Assembly (NCBI GenBank): GCA_964369125.1
Contig: CAYJEF010000002.1
Location: 1 to 34,640, forward strand
Reading direction: 5' to 3'
Length of the DNA: 34,640 nucleotides
From: an uncultured Christensenella sp.
GTDB taxonomy: Bacteria; Bacillota; Clostridia; Christensenellales; UBA1242
The notes under the pieces are model-generated. The model saw nothing but the letters and a program-made list of their open reading frames with translations. It was not told where the DNA came from and did no database searches. A program made the translations under genes and the position numbers. Shown piece after piece: positions 33,701 through 34,314 of this stretch. Positions within the stretch are counted from its first letter, which is position 1. Each line of letters starts with the position of its first letter.

Positions 33701-34314
33701 TCATTATTGGCATAAAGTTGTCTTGTCGCGTCATTTTCAATCACGCTAAACGAAAGGTTGCGAATCATATCCGCGACATCGTCGAAATTTATTTCGCCCG
33801 TATAATACGTTGTCTTAATCTCGCCAAGGAAAATATCCCCGCCGTTTCGGTTATAATTGTTTTCTGCATAGAACCGGCAAGTCACTTCGCCGAGTTTGTA
33901 TCCTGCATAAAGAGTCATATCCGTATTCACTGGACCTCGCGAATAACGCTCCAATCTATCTTCGTCCAAAAACCAGCCGTCAAATTCCGCAAGCGTAGTA
34001 GTGCCTTCGTCGCTAACAATGTTAGCAGATTGTGGCAAAGTAAAATATCGACCCTCCGCCACATTGACATTTTCTTGTGTCGCAAAAGGTCCCGTCTCGA
34101 AGCGAACGGTGTAAGTTTTTTTTGAAAACATCATAACGCCAAAGACGATGCCAAATGTAACCACCAAAACAGAAATGACCGCCAGCAAAATGGCCTTCTT
34201 TGTAGGTCTTGGTTTTTCGAATTTATTGCCACGCTTTAGTGGCGCAGGTGTTTGTTTTACGCTTGCGTCTTTTTGCCTGTCACCCTGAAAATTTATATTT
34301 GTGGTGGACATCAT
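793..34314 (-). CDS. Giant (11,173 aa) N-terminally membrane-anchored surface protein: InlB-B/Flg_new repeat arrays + seven Pmp-type beta-helix cassettes + BspA-type LRR block + novel C-terminal domain
   Basis: The frame is uninterrupted for 11,173 codons. AGGAGG (34317-34322, minus) lies 2 nt from ATG 34312-34314 and 5 nt from the second ATG 34309-34311, so the true start may be 34311. The TAA stop at 793-795 is followed by a hairpin terminator. The translation shows coherent domain grammar from end to end. All boundary motifs I mapped back to DNA fall in the same frame. Confidence 0.93.
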   Translation of the reverse strand: MMSTTNINFQGDRQKDASVKQTPAPLKRGNKFEKPRPTKKAILLAVISVLVVTFGIVFGVMMFSKKTYTVRFETGPFATQENVNVAEGRYFTLPQSANIVSDEGTTTLAEFDGWFLDEDRLERYSRGPVNTDMTLYAGYKLGEVTCRFYAENNYNRNGGDIFLGEIKTTYYTGEINFDDVADMIRNLSFSVIENDATRQLYANNDKLFRFDGANEEIINDATATYTKADYVRFLENYFEITTLTSTNVANNLRDNDNVQTVGDLEILTLTEGNSIITPSKNMAFRVNLTPQKVTLVYHSNQDTVETYYDAVSYPEGYGTPEYDDKIATKETTYGKLNYNLLDDFRVTDFMQTKPLYHKFSGWSMSKTSGTGQYSVARIDREFLLDETYIDFYAVWEEISIPLVIKDPAPNGGDLLSSTSVTAGSAKMLTDWAGENFETTVIKAGYALVGFVDKTGNCYAKDFEIPADVNLWTEPYYDRDYFYMGKRGAIVLFAQFVKIVVSTEIFVGGDIIDEVTVPTNAELAQLFGVNFNLSDPEFSYDGEISYSFDAQNMKITITNLLVGASIILPEFIRPNYDLSSYLVKNDSYIAGTRLSITEVLLSDGKLIANINWTGQNRDVVVNFYEIDDEFVYKTARVPYGSLIYIEVTCVKNSNVTTVTVTLKQSANATSFISQMVQQRTGYDFVGLYSLATGGENIVENDGQSEMKTSKRIDKNFGEIFARWEKQKYAVNFVLNGGEYEGSNSNFTITEVLFESEITLPNENEMTYSGYYFEGWATSEENAEHKIVTYEFDGELNAVIENNMTLYAVWVDVTYVKVCLYANRTQTANIAVSRGGEFVLAGDEISGYNFTHFNTLANGEGDEFLASEETNQLKDLNINIDGEYELFAMFYVLNFTKGDDDGKAGAGGVSPAIKRMAYGAQISILPQNTFTCTEYYKFASWTLNDAVVANGLVLSLQSTGVELLSANVNSSVLFVAKWEPKTVTVKIYNSKQDATINLTPKTYFDITGPMSREYTLSKSNGRLPVTNGKEIDFIIDLAETTAYYYDTFGEQVVLSVPEPNSTMSKDGDKYIYKMYIATKKNVTFKANNGTNQSIVEYVGTSYDTAEYPNFVVLAVDITYDYALDMASRFTYLHKVFTHYSANSIVTRITEGGEVEILDNVILPDYVLKIGSDTTFTSNWDDAEYTLNFIDNIGTNATQQALLKYGEEFIIEELFNITDRQYFNGVYYTFSRVLIGTESADITSSISLLSKSEFGLFANSDFDDGELVLTAFWEEKTYIVLVDLGGGSWSDTENQKLQNYDATYSTDENGFLIYKRTYTYINTNGILLPYEGLSRVGFDFVAFSVVDGLGEITGTAYSGLRYDLNEFATPKLFEAQNESDTVHIRALWQEYFTVQFGANGGSTSVQTIRQQVVTGEDAGDDYISFSLTNDGATSYTGRNFAGWYYTSDISSLPTEMSNLISWGETATITRQLIANYGNNETRTITLYAIWTHTVTFSFVAPASFPQGVTVTAHYDPNRVESSDTSFIKEYYAGSQLSSNDINNIYFEITGTSHTFAGWLLGAAKVPPVTIISNCTLVADWVASVVNIELKVYDTTQNKFVTRHTFTKFAGETANLNTSYMTAVGSLPSTKGYNFLGWGEEYSPNIVNENVTNVYTTSFAVTGDNSNVTLYAVYEFGRIMVVYDKNGPASYGLGQVKETVSGLLPDGVTPKPILYGSVYNINQNIPYVYEYYEIVGWQTSASGQNLYTSHITFDNSMLNFLTLQTIEGVQYYVFTLFARWSRQIAIVEINLDGGEFLESIYTYYDLNSSQNSENLKSYNINGGLLTLEVKVGGRYKLPTISNVAKAYHQLSNFVDASNTTYFAGDTVNCINKTTVQLQAVWVQMVTMKIYANTSASDTQFVSFTAPYGTQVMFTKPSNQSPKINDTVINFTRVNYNLDSYNNLSNGEGDPFSLSTFTKYYMKQPDFNIDASGVISLYCVWVGVNVNVVVNMADNGGLLGVQSRSQTVTNVYRFGDEINLLSDFYVDTRNERADGDVGYEFSHYEDERGGEYYISSPIFRTLDYGFNATYYFTAQWSEVIFELTYDFSGGEFSGEFVGQTYEDVTSITLSYAYKSSVDYLDMTAEGLVCVHSLDKNRTYPVYTFINFLNMLTGDIVSGSFVMPAGDITLVANWQSKDFAIEIDPKGTALGTTATNASYTLDPQATYDYPLSLSDGKLILSGLKMQSEVDLSKLPTPSNFGFSYEYFYLLNSRTYTKTTTTVTSEDGKEIQYDEHNAIVFGKAGTFTLGYYDNENNLLNFDAFYVEQGDYFLLSMPLYWSNVEYTVSYEATLPSLENEYNVDASGQISLPTPDYVSTATFVYQEASKLNEGYLLFGWTQIGWSIKQKLSEQTLENCFYFMETYDPNIKGDVLNTEYIYNLTNVDGETVKLYPIWCQNEYTIDFSDRLYTNSNQEVPFLYDGTYTLGELFAFGGETLALTAFDFEANTYVQFAGWKYTNALGVEILLTQTENLLFSCGVGGIFSQAHMSGQSGALVVSAVWEEMSYTLRLNLNGGMYNTSEYGFNYYYDDTEGVKSYLIEKDIIYSLLKSGVSLTEYFELDEDMLIYRDANGNIFTFAGWSFGGDISELFYPALFEQDEMIFAKGSPSIRIELTSGIITPNYVFCLNAMWNYYKLTVDADGGEIDSGVVTVQETIGGISVRTKTAGGVKWIFASDDKSVYTYTYYMSTITLEVEGVYSWFVKNNYHVNAEGDENFEVTEESIKAVPWQGNLRYISLNPDKVEVVLDYTQLTNKETTVLNYGKAVVGYAEATSPTGSSYEYIYNAINDTGSFVPFALLEAGKVYYDAVSNGLVLIARFGDVIPYMLINQITFNVAGFEGWTDGIYNYSTMDLTLNDFIAGDNNKIILLKGIWDDVLVNYNLGGGEYNGNLTITPNSFINGSIILDEENETYIATLPPRKPDIHTDYGPYKYGYNFLGWSDEYVNYNSYNSAVQGGTTVTLYNPADDGGQEYSFARSVGMNSRTLYAIWQPLTISFKFVSSRNSDEQIINEKIVQGYFGETINFLSSNDADVSTWSKPGEYFIGWRIFIAPNQHNYAPNYEYLISESNIKSDFGSSVIITEGITFTVYSVWNNSRVNIQIVLGNDSDYKYFGDSVLNVYNSATIGKYFLIEGKSLEQEFITPVLEEIYCFGKVAIKYTSSKILYDLGSSDPIRLSIDKCTANADGTYTLTLNVVWQEAVCYIENYYSMRSGTERFYYNFASALGATQNDPEIATKSLEQNPYTKIVILNRLSQFEIINQINLTNIKLIIALYNNPEHTELIVNSEFMFTRAPSFSGDNVFNVTGGVLEFEGSENGTFTLNGYSAMPTGAFIKLNAGTLVLCKDFVIRNNKNSLTNFGGAIFAENGSRIISNGAQFIGNKLQTLSANLYGGAIYLNNSTLVLNSAIFANNSVESTLGAYGGAVAMENDSVITFGDANFLSNIATSLSGSSYGGAVYLKNSFASTLNDAQKVTFGKGTNDASGNSAIYGGAIAVDGNASVSVGDVITFDKFIVQYSTSTYGGGIYVTNAVLNINNIEFSMNTGLGSGDSFGGALYAEFSSTVTVTEGSFYLNSGTQGGAIYSSSNNLTINGGIYNYNMSNASSGAGGAIYIIGSVGNFAKLNVNGADVGGNYAVMGGGIYVGEYATLIVDDYTDAEGVVIGTYFHGNQANNGGAIYYSGTQIAESDENYSTLVSRINSAEFVGNVCQSADGSFSNMTYRGGAISMISGVLYLGGTHIDTDGKMSSTVMFYGNGAHYGGAVYVAGGNLNILGADIGIFHIDELDNSEMGEDDESLDEALAIGLLQLETARDNAISDINTDATLSPEQKSVAIKAVNDDYEAGCAQLTAEIERRKAEGADPTLVENYLGNYGYTGAGLYVAGGTVDMDFGNFFGNMGYDNAGAIYNAGTLYLGSVVIKMNTSLNNILIYNDGELEFDGNVILGEGQKIFVNFVSYVDTDGKQVDEYKYLTISSGIYNELTVPVVIDFPREDFVLGKPIVKFTNISVFNTVNALFEGGYTPFKIHNEVDFILIVDIVGKALVLGFPNYSLFYRDISADSAELDITGSMTFTYNDTVSQRDLLDKSLGNNPIREGYNLVGWAIYVERDELGNIISFGRPSPASSVEVFEVMALSTDPYYTNFVYVTRVGQTYATFTSAVAGKALPNHNIYIYAVWEPVEFTVYYQYDTVFDRYPGTTYYSIDGRQLTDDNLLLLSQTVKYGKTFRLPQSSTLSSVEFVHYEDVTVTYLGSVPIRVVDKQTTYEESDIYFDANRDKYYYTTADSLVYYIDTGTKAFTVFSKPNMALNNADAYKDANIYPESISFTDADTTVTLNITVENEKYVFIYNSLKYYLRQNYRPDGFYFKQYVLGGNIYVPNQEITVIKTNPNTNTADRRIYVTIYFTKMSVEVVFDANGGTDGSTTFSITKSVGTKLVLPNSYSSTPYDNIERFFYKQNSVLLGFARTPNASAPDFSLGQEITIIESSTGVTTFYAVWGPAVCYVENVVRYNNRFYNVYYTSFNAAFDDINAQIYNVKPARYVVKILTSVVVNTQVDISDNVAIYAVNSGLTVSPGSGLGANFTMFTVKSRGMLTLSEGLNGGIPYTLSNARNLDGTFVTRNVSLIKVEAGGTLEISGINIVGGTAQSSRNGGAITVKGTANFSGVSFINNSAQSGGALYVESSANVQVTSCLFGTASQGNTATLNGGAIYAEADAHITLFGENSFIYNTANSGGAIYALASDIILGNTLFAYNTATLNGGALYLGTNFVLSQNSQNKPTFESNFATVGGAIYATSKLEILFGEIFLKNTAGQKGGAIYSQTNLVIKSGRFEANTSSSENGGAIYAMGVLNINSENCASGENTLFIRNSANASGGAVYAIDAVVNIADVLFGMGSTSNGNTAYEGCAIYVTTSLTNYSSLNISGGTIIEMNYSKNVVGNTSGGGIYINNTTLILDAIVIRNEVVAGAGIYATGNSSIILGDNARVMHNIATSGAGIYLAGNSQIAMSSGAQITQNEAYFGGGGLYFATVNVYSSLGAGKIYRNKAGKAGAAIYMSSSSVKLTLNGVEITENVILTNAGYQTNLATEVLGEEIYIDKNATLEIASGVILGTIGINSSVEDSYSNEKGTLVLSGTAYVKDIYVKRFSVIRVDNNLTNVRYGTEKSTINYIGAKDLELKQKLENDEVVKFANISILENCKEYFVLNIIDTGVLGNYCLDYNETDCTLYIAKVAEYFYLEKNGGEITFGSQVNYVAEYDANGNFKRFKVAIDPTQTYFVTLSEIFGTRIGYEMSGEFVDSKNKIYTANSLLPVKVLTLKPLWVERVVNVFSFYENSSGQTVTTDLGYLRFTGSIVLTAPTMRYCTFVEWELSYLSPSGMVHTGITFNNAHRFELKYMDDIARTTEIGGVIYTYAEVFNLIIAQGGSNLYFEGIFSWTQVTIEIDANGGITSNLIDSPYDRIAGDDPQNTWIYTVLQKDLFVDYIIFIDDFKRDNHIVLSFFTGDDGVFDGAIDEKYNDSNSSIKISNITYIKLHCEWMETVAYIRKPSTGASVNEPRFVYYQNLTDATNALVNGDTLVIVKRNIEIYSNITISRNITLTSIADVRLVRMGAFSDYMLSIGAQVEITSPANLVIDGDNILTNCAGVYVMPNGNLTIGTGVKIINHASSSNGGGIKSAGVCTLNGGEISANSAQNGAGIYLAGTLIIKGSTKINGNTATVNGGGVYMASSTFEMQGGEIIGNGAIKGAGVYFSSSSNSKMTGGIISTNTASSAGGGVYLSANCATFTFGAGIIAETTFNIFGNSAIYGGGIYVEGSNLNTIVVANINGVVVKGNSATYGGGVCVGDNQNTHSKHSVVLTTGEIKNNTATYGGGVCVFRGTFNQRGGSIFANENTEGGLGSDVYITSNISAGIVRISGGVIGGSAYVGTIYVDNTVIAGELYLSGRYAIADRIILKNGAIIYVNDVIDANNDKVVVELTDYAPVIAGGKVNVVKFASNLTPIARLFDVDDSYKQEQSTNHFRVKVIDQYVVLQKAVFTLTISANDGTLYNALSGMNVTLSAGNIIIEIEYLYDLSLILSRFETALSLLNGEQKISVSQRNKYFIEWNSSATADGDKLTDILMPYEDVTAIAIWSKKYFVLTVDFNDTAGMSGNKAILSSSSQYYTYIDGSKIVVEIFADNETSTFGNAVIFDIMANLTRAGYTLRGVSASQIASANVYDATTLTFKMPQNDTILYASWAPITYTMIFHSNYMGVVTQTTHEVTALFDTFAFMAEKTKFTLAGYIADSWNTTIDGTGTTYGFGERVFNLAITDNTVLDFYCIWTPRQYTVNFAPNFSHGAITGEISSILVTYGEYFNLPTDKFLAVGYHQVAWKLGEQILGETARNLTIGDEVTVYADWEANKYTVKLYANPTSVNDLGEEVRMEYNTSSYLPAVADFPTDIRERVLKIGNQKYFKGWTTSTDPLATEPEFLDQDTILNLTAEDNVIIKLYAIVEYRKVIVHSNDGSDFTLENFCDIDGNVVISTADIVSAGFGVAGFEAGYLSKTADISTTGALMFNFGGIASLNLKDEDIGVLELFVAWRAKNYTIKYMINNQIDANFTIQTVTVSSSATNTYNGIGATTQITLHGNRNAQYMLVGYSFSNNLSTIDCTLNEVFTLSMAKFASIITNQAIVNDTITLYGVMTASYSITYDLNTSYDIIGGSTTQILPNGTNTTAVLDLSTQTALAFADKDNKEWFVADREENVFALFMGWALLSTANEAQFTSPQNVNGQNAVKFSGEITLYAVWREYSNPFYFEYSGTTITGLSALGKSEISANSELILPRYILNFANNTVTLGSAITIVGELENCNELSNITSVDLECMANLVSISKFAFRHLTNLNSVLNIPKDTVVEAGALVNTNLTTVTLSPQNTRYKTDEDGNFYDLSNGVKLHTYLIANSILGAYEMSMVNIARNNVNITALSSLCFYGTEFTSVLCSNLVTRIEASAFENMPNLTEISLPYVGETINDSNNFAFSFGGLSKLPTALVKVTIRLETKVKASAFEGCSMLTSIIFAKVIDEVGERAFYNCTNLEFESLQSEFKFKKLKTIGKQAFYNCINLPDEINFDALENIAEEALYGTNVVFVILPRTVLGVNVTAFYSSTLQFAEIYSTMAFNAVINGTNILQKPDTTSYVVTDVNFYVSLSGIYLNYNIVVSDIIARFNADKEFVENHSTIELALYSSTVGDYIMIKHNITISDTIIVDKDVTILAGYESLREGQDGYSYNDREITILRDQNFTGNVFEVVSHNVTFGGTFGTARGVEYKSPMLNLDGNGITGDSFIFVNSGTLTLSQNVFIFNTKSLAGSAVYVQNGTLTITGAVLHDNGDTTATINGGAIYANSSTVAIKGGEIYGNYAQNGGAIYLDTGSRLVINEDTSSVYIHSNSSINGGAIFVGTGILDEGSCVDISSAEIFNNQAQTGGSIFISDGFVKLHGGALIYSSVATNGGGVAVMNGTLLIENATIGMQTRNSQLNDLRMPVIGNEATSAGGGVYVGASGILKMNDARATISSNTAKFGGNIHFASQIMESWGASNVLMGRIEYGNSSVESNFGGGIYVESGLVNLSGNSLFILNNVAYFGGGIYMAGGVLNIKLGTTISGNESVSGGGVYVEDGEAYISGANIFSNKATAQNGVGGNGGGLHAMGGNIEIGMTSPRTYIGGTMAGNEASNLGGGLYLSGTAQVTLSRFTSIQENSASSGAGVFVSGSVVVRFDGCEISYNNAGAQGGGVYFTTDTFGNSPNITMFNNTRIFDNTAATGAGLYVNTNLTILNATIENNIAKDIAGVATKGRGGAIYITNTAAVILDAVTISHNMSEVDQDKYSGVFLNNTSPNALSISNSTEIDFSDETARNMVCLVENSLVTIIDKTLETSPRIMLAFDFNYLANDRTLVATFTRSSYARVSKFFGIGVGFTLIDTNVYVGRATVVDITDQSKPENYTTLKDAIMQIPSNERRILKLLDEQVIGENSVVIVPQDKDVVIVSSQSPVFGATQLGYGITRDSLYTGVLFAVYGRIEFNLDSAQSLSQMLNMGFIISGGAVNNASSLVYIGATGIAVVNDGVEIIGNNATNTRKLQLVTPNTGVIETIDGNRGGAFYVNANNSLSFSLKIVSAKIYACSATYGGAIYVENGKVELYGGEYGIYDEQMLSYQNVAQKDGGAIYVNSGILEISKNVSKRAIFSGNVAENGGAIHNEAGQIIISGTDFINNSASVRGGAISNNSQVTSTITSINFEDNFAKNGGAISVSKGTLNITSCEFSDNIAYSFGGALELSGDSMVRVTFSAMTGNYAQTGGAIHLDGNMLSNEYNLVVESSIISSNGTGTLPDSSHKTTTRGGAISIVRGKARVDIEQNMSEISQNTAQMGGGLYISGGIIDIYKAQIISNIASTGGGLYITSGGVVNLYATSVLSNRVLDTTNSFGGGIYQDSGTLYLYKYNEVACDISGNTSFGAGAGLHLIGGYANMSTGSCSITNNVINATDATTMENKRGAGLYIGGANVDMTSINVLNNTITAVTDVDVYGAGIYHTGGVVNVLGRCYFENPTTSINSGAICTEIASDEHNLFTLAGQSDALIDTILIAGKDAYLNVKESTIDIADVNLFDGSVRSVTLGVSGKMLGDRVFRAVLSSSLSGSQGVQNSLLGQITLPVASGFLLGQSDMRGEGNFAVLRAQYFQVVRAVGSGASETYELAYGTETLKEALSLVDDGGLIFINVTGSVNNVYEVYETLYSNYSGTHKSFTLSAKQTEITLLRGRTEAGEFEGEMFNILSGDTLYIGMNPAFERAYLQFCGADYENNTITIQGGKSNSTTLDVHNSSSRLINIARNATLWLGVGVTLTREWTEWYGAAALVQGTLYLAGGEISNNRSVSDDMESTNGNGGGVYVTNSGAFYMTCGVISGNFATKYGGGVYCGPSSVIEISGGIIGDGTKSTVATTSVYSNTARYGGGIYAIGTTVDICGTAKIAYNYASISGGGIYAKSTITAAASNPIQVIIDKNGSDTVAISYNFAGTSGGGLYVEDTYNFVANSQKSFGDKIVLCMYGGEISHNMSGMGGGVYVTGYTTTADEYAEGYNTAVSLLGGTIVGNTASVGAGLGGGLYVTGVELHIDGTKITHIAQNDATNGAGIYSHKSLITITRNATFTQNGTVTTTSGGGIYVNAYSILTLGDENSSSVTLSNNMATNGGAVYMENRAKVTIESASITNNTAVNKGAGVYVVTGRSHNFTIGSGLNEGQMTYISTYLNITDEVYIEGDSIVYVNGGYNGNVPLNLATDYAHTDYLTLVAMYSNAITDLATINEMLFVGFDSSGEEYTFIIDDFNVLIGEKNVAKIANDVTRYFMDIETALLRLDENVESIIIVLKDDMYTKEKTLDISGEYMLTINSGYIDENKQLIVGTELKRFHNGTVDDMFRITLTGSNSYLNIMNFNLIPYIDSFGNISPTASSIIEVISGNVNISNVMIDGAKGSNDGTALNVLGGLVTAENLTVKSSSTFGNGLIAVKNDGSLDLRQSIVTENTASKGAIFIQANHSASGSSALDFGTVRLLGSQISYNETSLGGGVYLASGKLMSAGTLNDPYTSIKGNTANMGGGIYIESGIVSLEDLKVSDNQALSIGNNALSNGGGIYVDSAIMTLGSNVYVSSNEAKVNGGGIYGTISSSIIVTENIDKITQNTANNGGGIYSAGALSLLNSSIWKNSANENGGGVYSTGTVDLDGTTLYENIANNGAGLYVAGIADVANGSILSGNNAEENGGGAYVSASGELQILGTQNASKIILNTAQNGGGVYVAGGYLVLNGGRIGDEITSGDGTTTQNFGNKVTKLLQVTATGNGAGVALMNGGVFDIISGKITGNESTEVIEEGETSVNHSRGNGGGIYVGGGTVNMTGGEISHNVADNGGGVYLTNSTSVFNMLSSNALCTKNIAIFGAGLYGAGASTINAEAGTISFNVAEIGGGGIYAEQSIVNINSLTSTVSITENSSSGNGGGIYVGAKAILTLSGTSQVSMNTALEQGGGVYVDAVNISRAHFGTFNMTGGVISENTAQNGAGVAVIGINTSVTDYHFGVFTMSGGQILNNDAVIAGGGVYSAGKFVMNKISAQITQNIAVNGAGVYVAGGALDLTSGAIYDNGDDEKTNGGGLYLTATDTLYSSYVLGGVQIKNNNALKGGGIYFERGTTTYSGVILQDNYAVDGGGLYVAGDSNALHMDYGVISNNRAINGGGVFVFSGTFNFGGVTSNVSSTQITDNTAEKGGGIYADGTADSVPRLNVMNAMISSNSVTIQGGGIYLGTNSLANILPGVIIKNNKTANNVTGEGGGLYVNSSKLTIGAIEEKTTIKADIHNNFAYKGAGVFVGSSADFVLEYAKIENNGKLVVNNTGTSTTLTTSQGGGMFSTGTILMKNTKISNNSVTGNGGGIAIDGGTTTLTIDLTLVGDNPVYGINNNNAVTGNGGGIYVFSGILVVNSGYVSSNLAKDDGGGIFVNAGNVTLGSSAKVTNNMSRNGAGLYVGSGGDVRAISGSKIYSNTASGNGGGVYVVGKFDLKSGTIGVDITDTSDNEVITASSLSYSNYAGANGGGIYIAPNATVNLDGGTIGFNYAGGNGGGVYFDTGIYAKSLTLGKTGAEESVLDIVSNMASGNGGGLYVSGAPNTTVTLAKCNIGRMGHDLNGKPLYFSNKANKGGGIYFANGTLTISTGGTTNANSSFNTVSYNVAVEAGGGVYLLNSTLVLNSNIGGNKATGSGDFGGFGGGIYASGSTINLNSNGVIQNNKARQYMVIPASSAYAIVQEFKNDSAQGDGRDKFMYYDGIYAINGSHVQFNGGAVKQAGQSALDRIAGEELTPNSGYSLALYLDSSSCLDGNYEASRQGISDVYDKATFNGNIEGSMWFGYSFKFDSRLILTSFKNIKYINFYPRTYVEARANYYSELEIYFKYSPIKINLGIIGKFEIPFYIPVVWMMLKPDLTVNGLVDNVGPDLSAFRMEDWWHKEGNIFEFMQDMSPKMQDYYQLYTQVKPLIDAMREEEKNGAGGIIISSILFAWDLVVASMEGNGYTEETTNVFLFWVMPTKISKWRDNIRIVQGAGWRKMELISRASSIIKGIISGSLLGPLKSLSIVQQSEKYVKAAELMFKFFQGFGLSMEAIVNLIG
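796..1647 (-). other. C-terminal non-repeat domain (aa 10890-11173), unassigned; contains hydrophobic segments
   Basis: After the last degenerate beta-helix coil (..ALYLDSSSCLDGNY, Y10889 = 1648-1650) every repeat pattern stops. The sequence continues with MWFGYSFKFDSRLILTSF.., YYSELEIYFKYSPIKINLGIIGKFEIPFYIPVVWMML, then QDYYQLYTQVKPLIDAMREEEKNG. Next comes a hydrophobic 21-mer GAGGIIISSILFAWDLVVASM (aa 11053-11073, nt 1096-1158), then TNVFLFWVMPT and an amphipathic tail ending ..EAIVNLIG. Confidence 0.7.
1648..6231 (-). repeat. Beta-helix cassette 7 (aa 9362-10889), Pmp-type GGG[IV]Y/FxxN-like coils, about 40 turns by hand count
   Basis: N-cap: ..VTRYFMDIETALLRLDENVESIIIVLKDD. Roughly 40 repeats follow of the form N(G/A)GG[IVL][YF]..G..(L/I).(L/I)....I..N.A, for example NGGGIYVDSAIMTLGSNVYVSSNEAKV. 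Start anchored by G9361 = 6232-6234. Confidence 0.75.
6232..8181 (-). repeat. Beta-helix cassette 6 (aa 8712-9361)
   Basis: N-cap: ..ELAYGTETLKEALSLVDDGGLIFINV. GGGVY/GGGIY/GGGLY coils. C-terminal stalk: ..NLATDYAHTDYLTLVAMYSNAITDLATINEMLFVGFDSSGEEYTFIIDDFNVLIG. Anchors: R8711 = 8182-8184, G9361 = 6232-6234. Confidence 0.75.
8182..10407 (-). repeat. Beta-helix cassette 5 (aa 7970-8711)
   Basis: N-cap: ..PENYTTLKDAIMQIPSNERRILKLL. There are nine GGA[IFL]x coils (GGAFY, GGAIY x2, GGAIH x2, GGAIS x3, GGALE), followed by GGGLY/GGGIY/GAGLY coils. Stalk: ..VTLGVSGKMLGDRVFRAVLSS..GNFAVLR. Anchors: G7969 = 10408-10410, R8711 = 8182-8184. Confidence 0.75.
10408..12708 (-). repeat. Beta-helix cassette 4 (aa 7203-7969)
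   Basis: N-cap: ..ENHSTIELALYSSTVGDYIMIKHNITISDTIIVDKDVTILAG. Coils: GGAIY x2, GGAIF, GGSIF, then GGGVY/GGGIY/GGGLY. Stalk: ..IMLAFDFNYLANDRTLVATFTRSSYARVSKFFGIGVGFTLIDTNVYVG. Anchors: D7208 = 12691-12693, G7969 = 10408-10410. Confidence 0.75.
12709..13917 (-). repeat. BspA-type leucine-rich repeat block (aa 6800-7202)
   Basis: Repeated I..I...AF..C..L..I motif. Examples: LVSISKFAFRHLTNLNSVLNIP, VTRIEASAFENMPNLTEISLP, KVKASAFEGCSMLTSIIFA, DEVGERAFYNCTNLEFESL, LKTIGKQAFYNCINLPDEINF, NIAEEALYGTNVVFVILP. This is the LRR_5 (BspA-like) signature as I know it. Start anchored by W6799 = 13918-13920. Confidence 0.7.
13918..16173 (-). repeat. InlB-B / Flg_new-type repeat array 4 (aa 6048-6799), about 8 units
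   Basis: Units end in TAIAIW, TILYASW, LDFYCIW, VTVYADW, IKLYAIV, LELFVAW, ITLYGVM, ITLYAVW. Internal G[YF]..xxW motifs are present (AGYIADSW, VGYHQVAW, YFKGW, FMGW). Anchors: A6048 = 16171-16173, W6799 = 13918-13920. Confidence 0.7.
16174..17646 (-). repeat. Beta-helix cassette 3 (aa 5557-6047)
   Basis: Begins VAYIRKPSTGASVNEPRFVYYQNLTDATNALVNGDTLVIV. Coils: GGGIK, GAGIY, GGGVY x2, GAGVY, GGGIY, GGGVC x2. Stalk: ..VVELTDYAPVIAGGKVNVVKFASNLTPIARLFDVDD..HFRVKVIDQYVVLQK. Anchors: V5557 = 17644-17646, A6048 = 16171-16173. Confidence 0.75.
17647..18570 (-). repeat. InlB-B / Flg_new-type repeat array 3 (aa 5249-5556), about 3-4 units
   Basis: Units end in LTLKPLW, YFEGIFSW, IKLHCEW. Contains EKNGGEITF and IDANGGITS (the NGG start motif of these repeats). 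Confidence 0.6.
18571..20751 (-). repeat. Beta-helix cassette 2 (aa 4522-5248)
   Basis: Begins VCYVENVVRYNNRFYNVYYTSFNAAFDDINA. Classical Pmp grammar with paired motifs: FINNSAQSGGALY, FIYNTANSGGAIY, FAYNTATLNGGALY, FESNFATVGGAIY, FLKNTAGQKGGAIY, FEANTSSSENGGAIY, FIRNSANASGGAVY. These are followed by GGGIY/GAGIY coils. Stalk: ..KFANISILENCKEYFVLNIIDTGVLGNYCLDYNETDCTLYIAK. Anchors: C4523 = 20746-20748, K5248 = 18571-18573. Confidence 0.8.
20752..22098 (-). repeat. InlB-B / Flg_new-type repeat array 2 (aa 4073-4521), about 4-5 units
   Basis: EGYNLVGW...IYIYAVW; VVFDANGGTDGSTTFSITKSVGTKLVLP...LLGFARTPNASAPDFSLGQEITIIESSTGVTTFYAVW. Anchors: N4073 = 22096-22098, C4523 = 20746-20748. Confidence 0.65.
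22099..24627 (-). repeat. Beta-helix cassette 1 (aa 3230-4072), with helical insertion
   Basis: Begins VCYIENYYSMRSGTERFYYNFASALGAT. Paired coils: FIGNKLQ..YGGAIY, FANNSVESTLGAYGGAVA, FLSNIATSLSGSSYGGAVY, FSMNTGLGSGDSFGGALY, FYLNSGTQGGAIY. Stalk: ..VVIDFPREDFVLGKPIVKFTNISVFNTVNALFEGGYTPFKIHNEVDFILIVDIVGKALVLGFP. Anchors: A3229 = 24628-24630, N4073 = 22096-22098. Confidence 0.8.
22636..22893 (-). other. FIVAR/DUF1542-like alpha-helical insertion inside beta-helix cassette 1 (aa 3808-3893)
   Basis: IDELDNSEMGEDDESLDEALAIGLLQLETARDNAISDINTDATLSPEQKSVAIKAVNDDYEAGCAQLTAEIERRKAEGADPTLVEN. This is the only long Gly-poor, charged, helix-prone stretch in the protein. Its pattern, A..A..(I)..I...(T)LS.EQK..A...V......(A)..I, resembles FIVAR-type three-helix repeats of Gram-positive surface proteins. 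It is flanked on both sides by GGAVY / GAGLY coils. Anchors: H3807 = 22894-22896, G3896 = 22627-22629. Confidence 0.5.
24628..34116 (-). repeat. InlB-B / Flg_new-type repeat array 1 (aa 67-3229), about 30 units of roughly 100 aa
   Basis: Units are recognisable by the terminal strand: LYAVW x2, LYAIW x2, FARW, FVAKW, LTAFW, IRALW, LVADW, LFARW, LQAVW, LYCVW, FTAQW, LVANW, LYPIW, VSAVW, LNAMW, LKGIW, VYSVW, LNVVW and others. They also carry the internal aromatic-GW motif: SGYYFEGW, KGYNFLGW, YGYNFLGW, RNFAGW, HTFAGW, FTFAGW, YEIVGW, QFAGW. Many begin with ..F..NGG / LNGGEY / LDGGEF / NLGGGEY. Confidence 0.75.
34126..34194 (-). other. N-terminal transmembrane signal-anchor helix (aa 41-63)
   Basis: AILLAVISVLVVTFGIVFGVMMF is preceded by a Lys/Arg/Pro-rich 40-aa segment (..LKRGNKFEKPRPTKK) and followed by SKK. 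This is positive-inside topology. I can see no AxA cleavage site and no lipobox Cys. Confidence 0.75.
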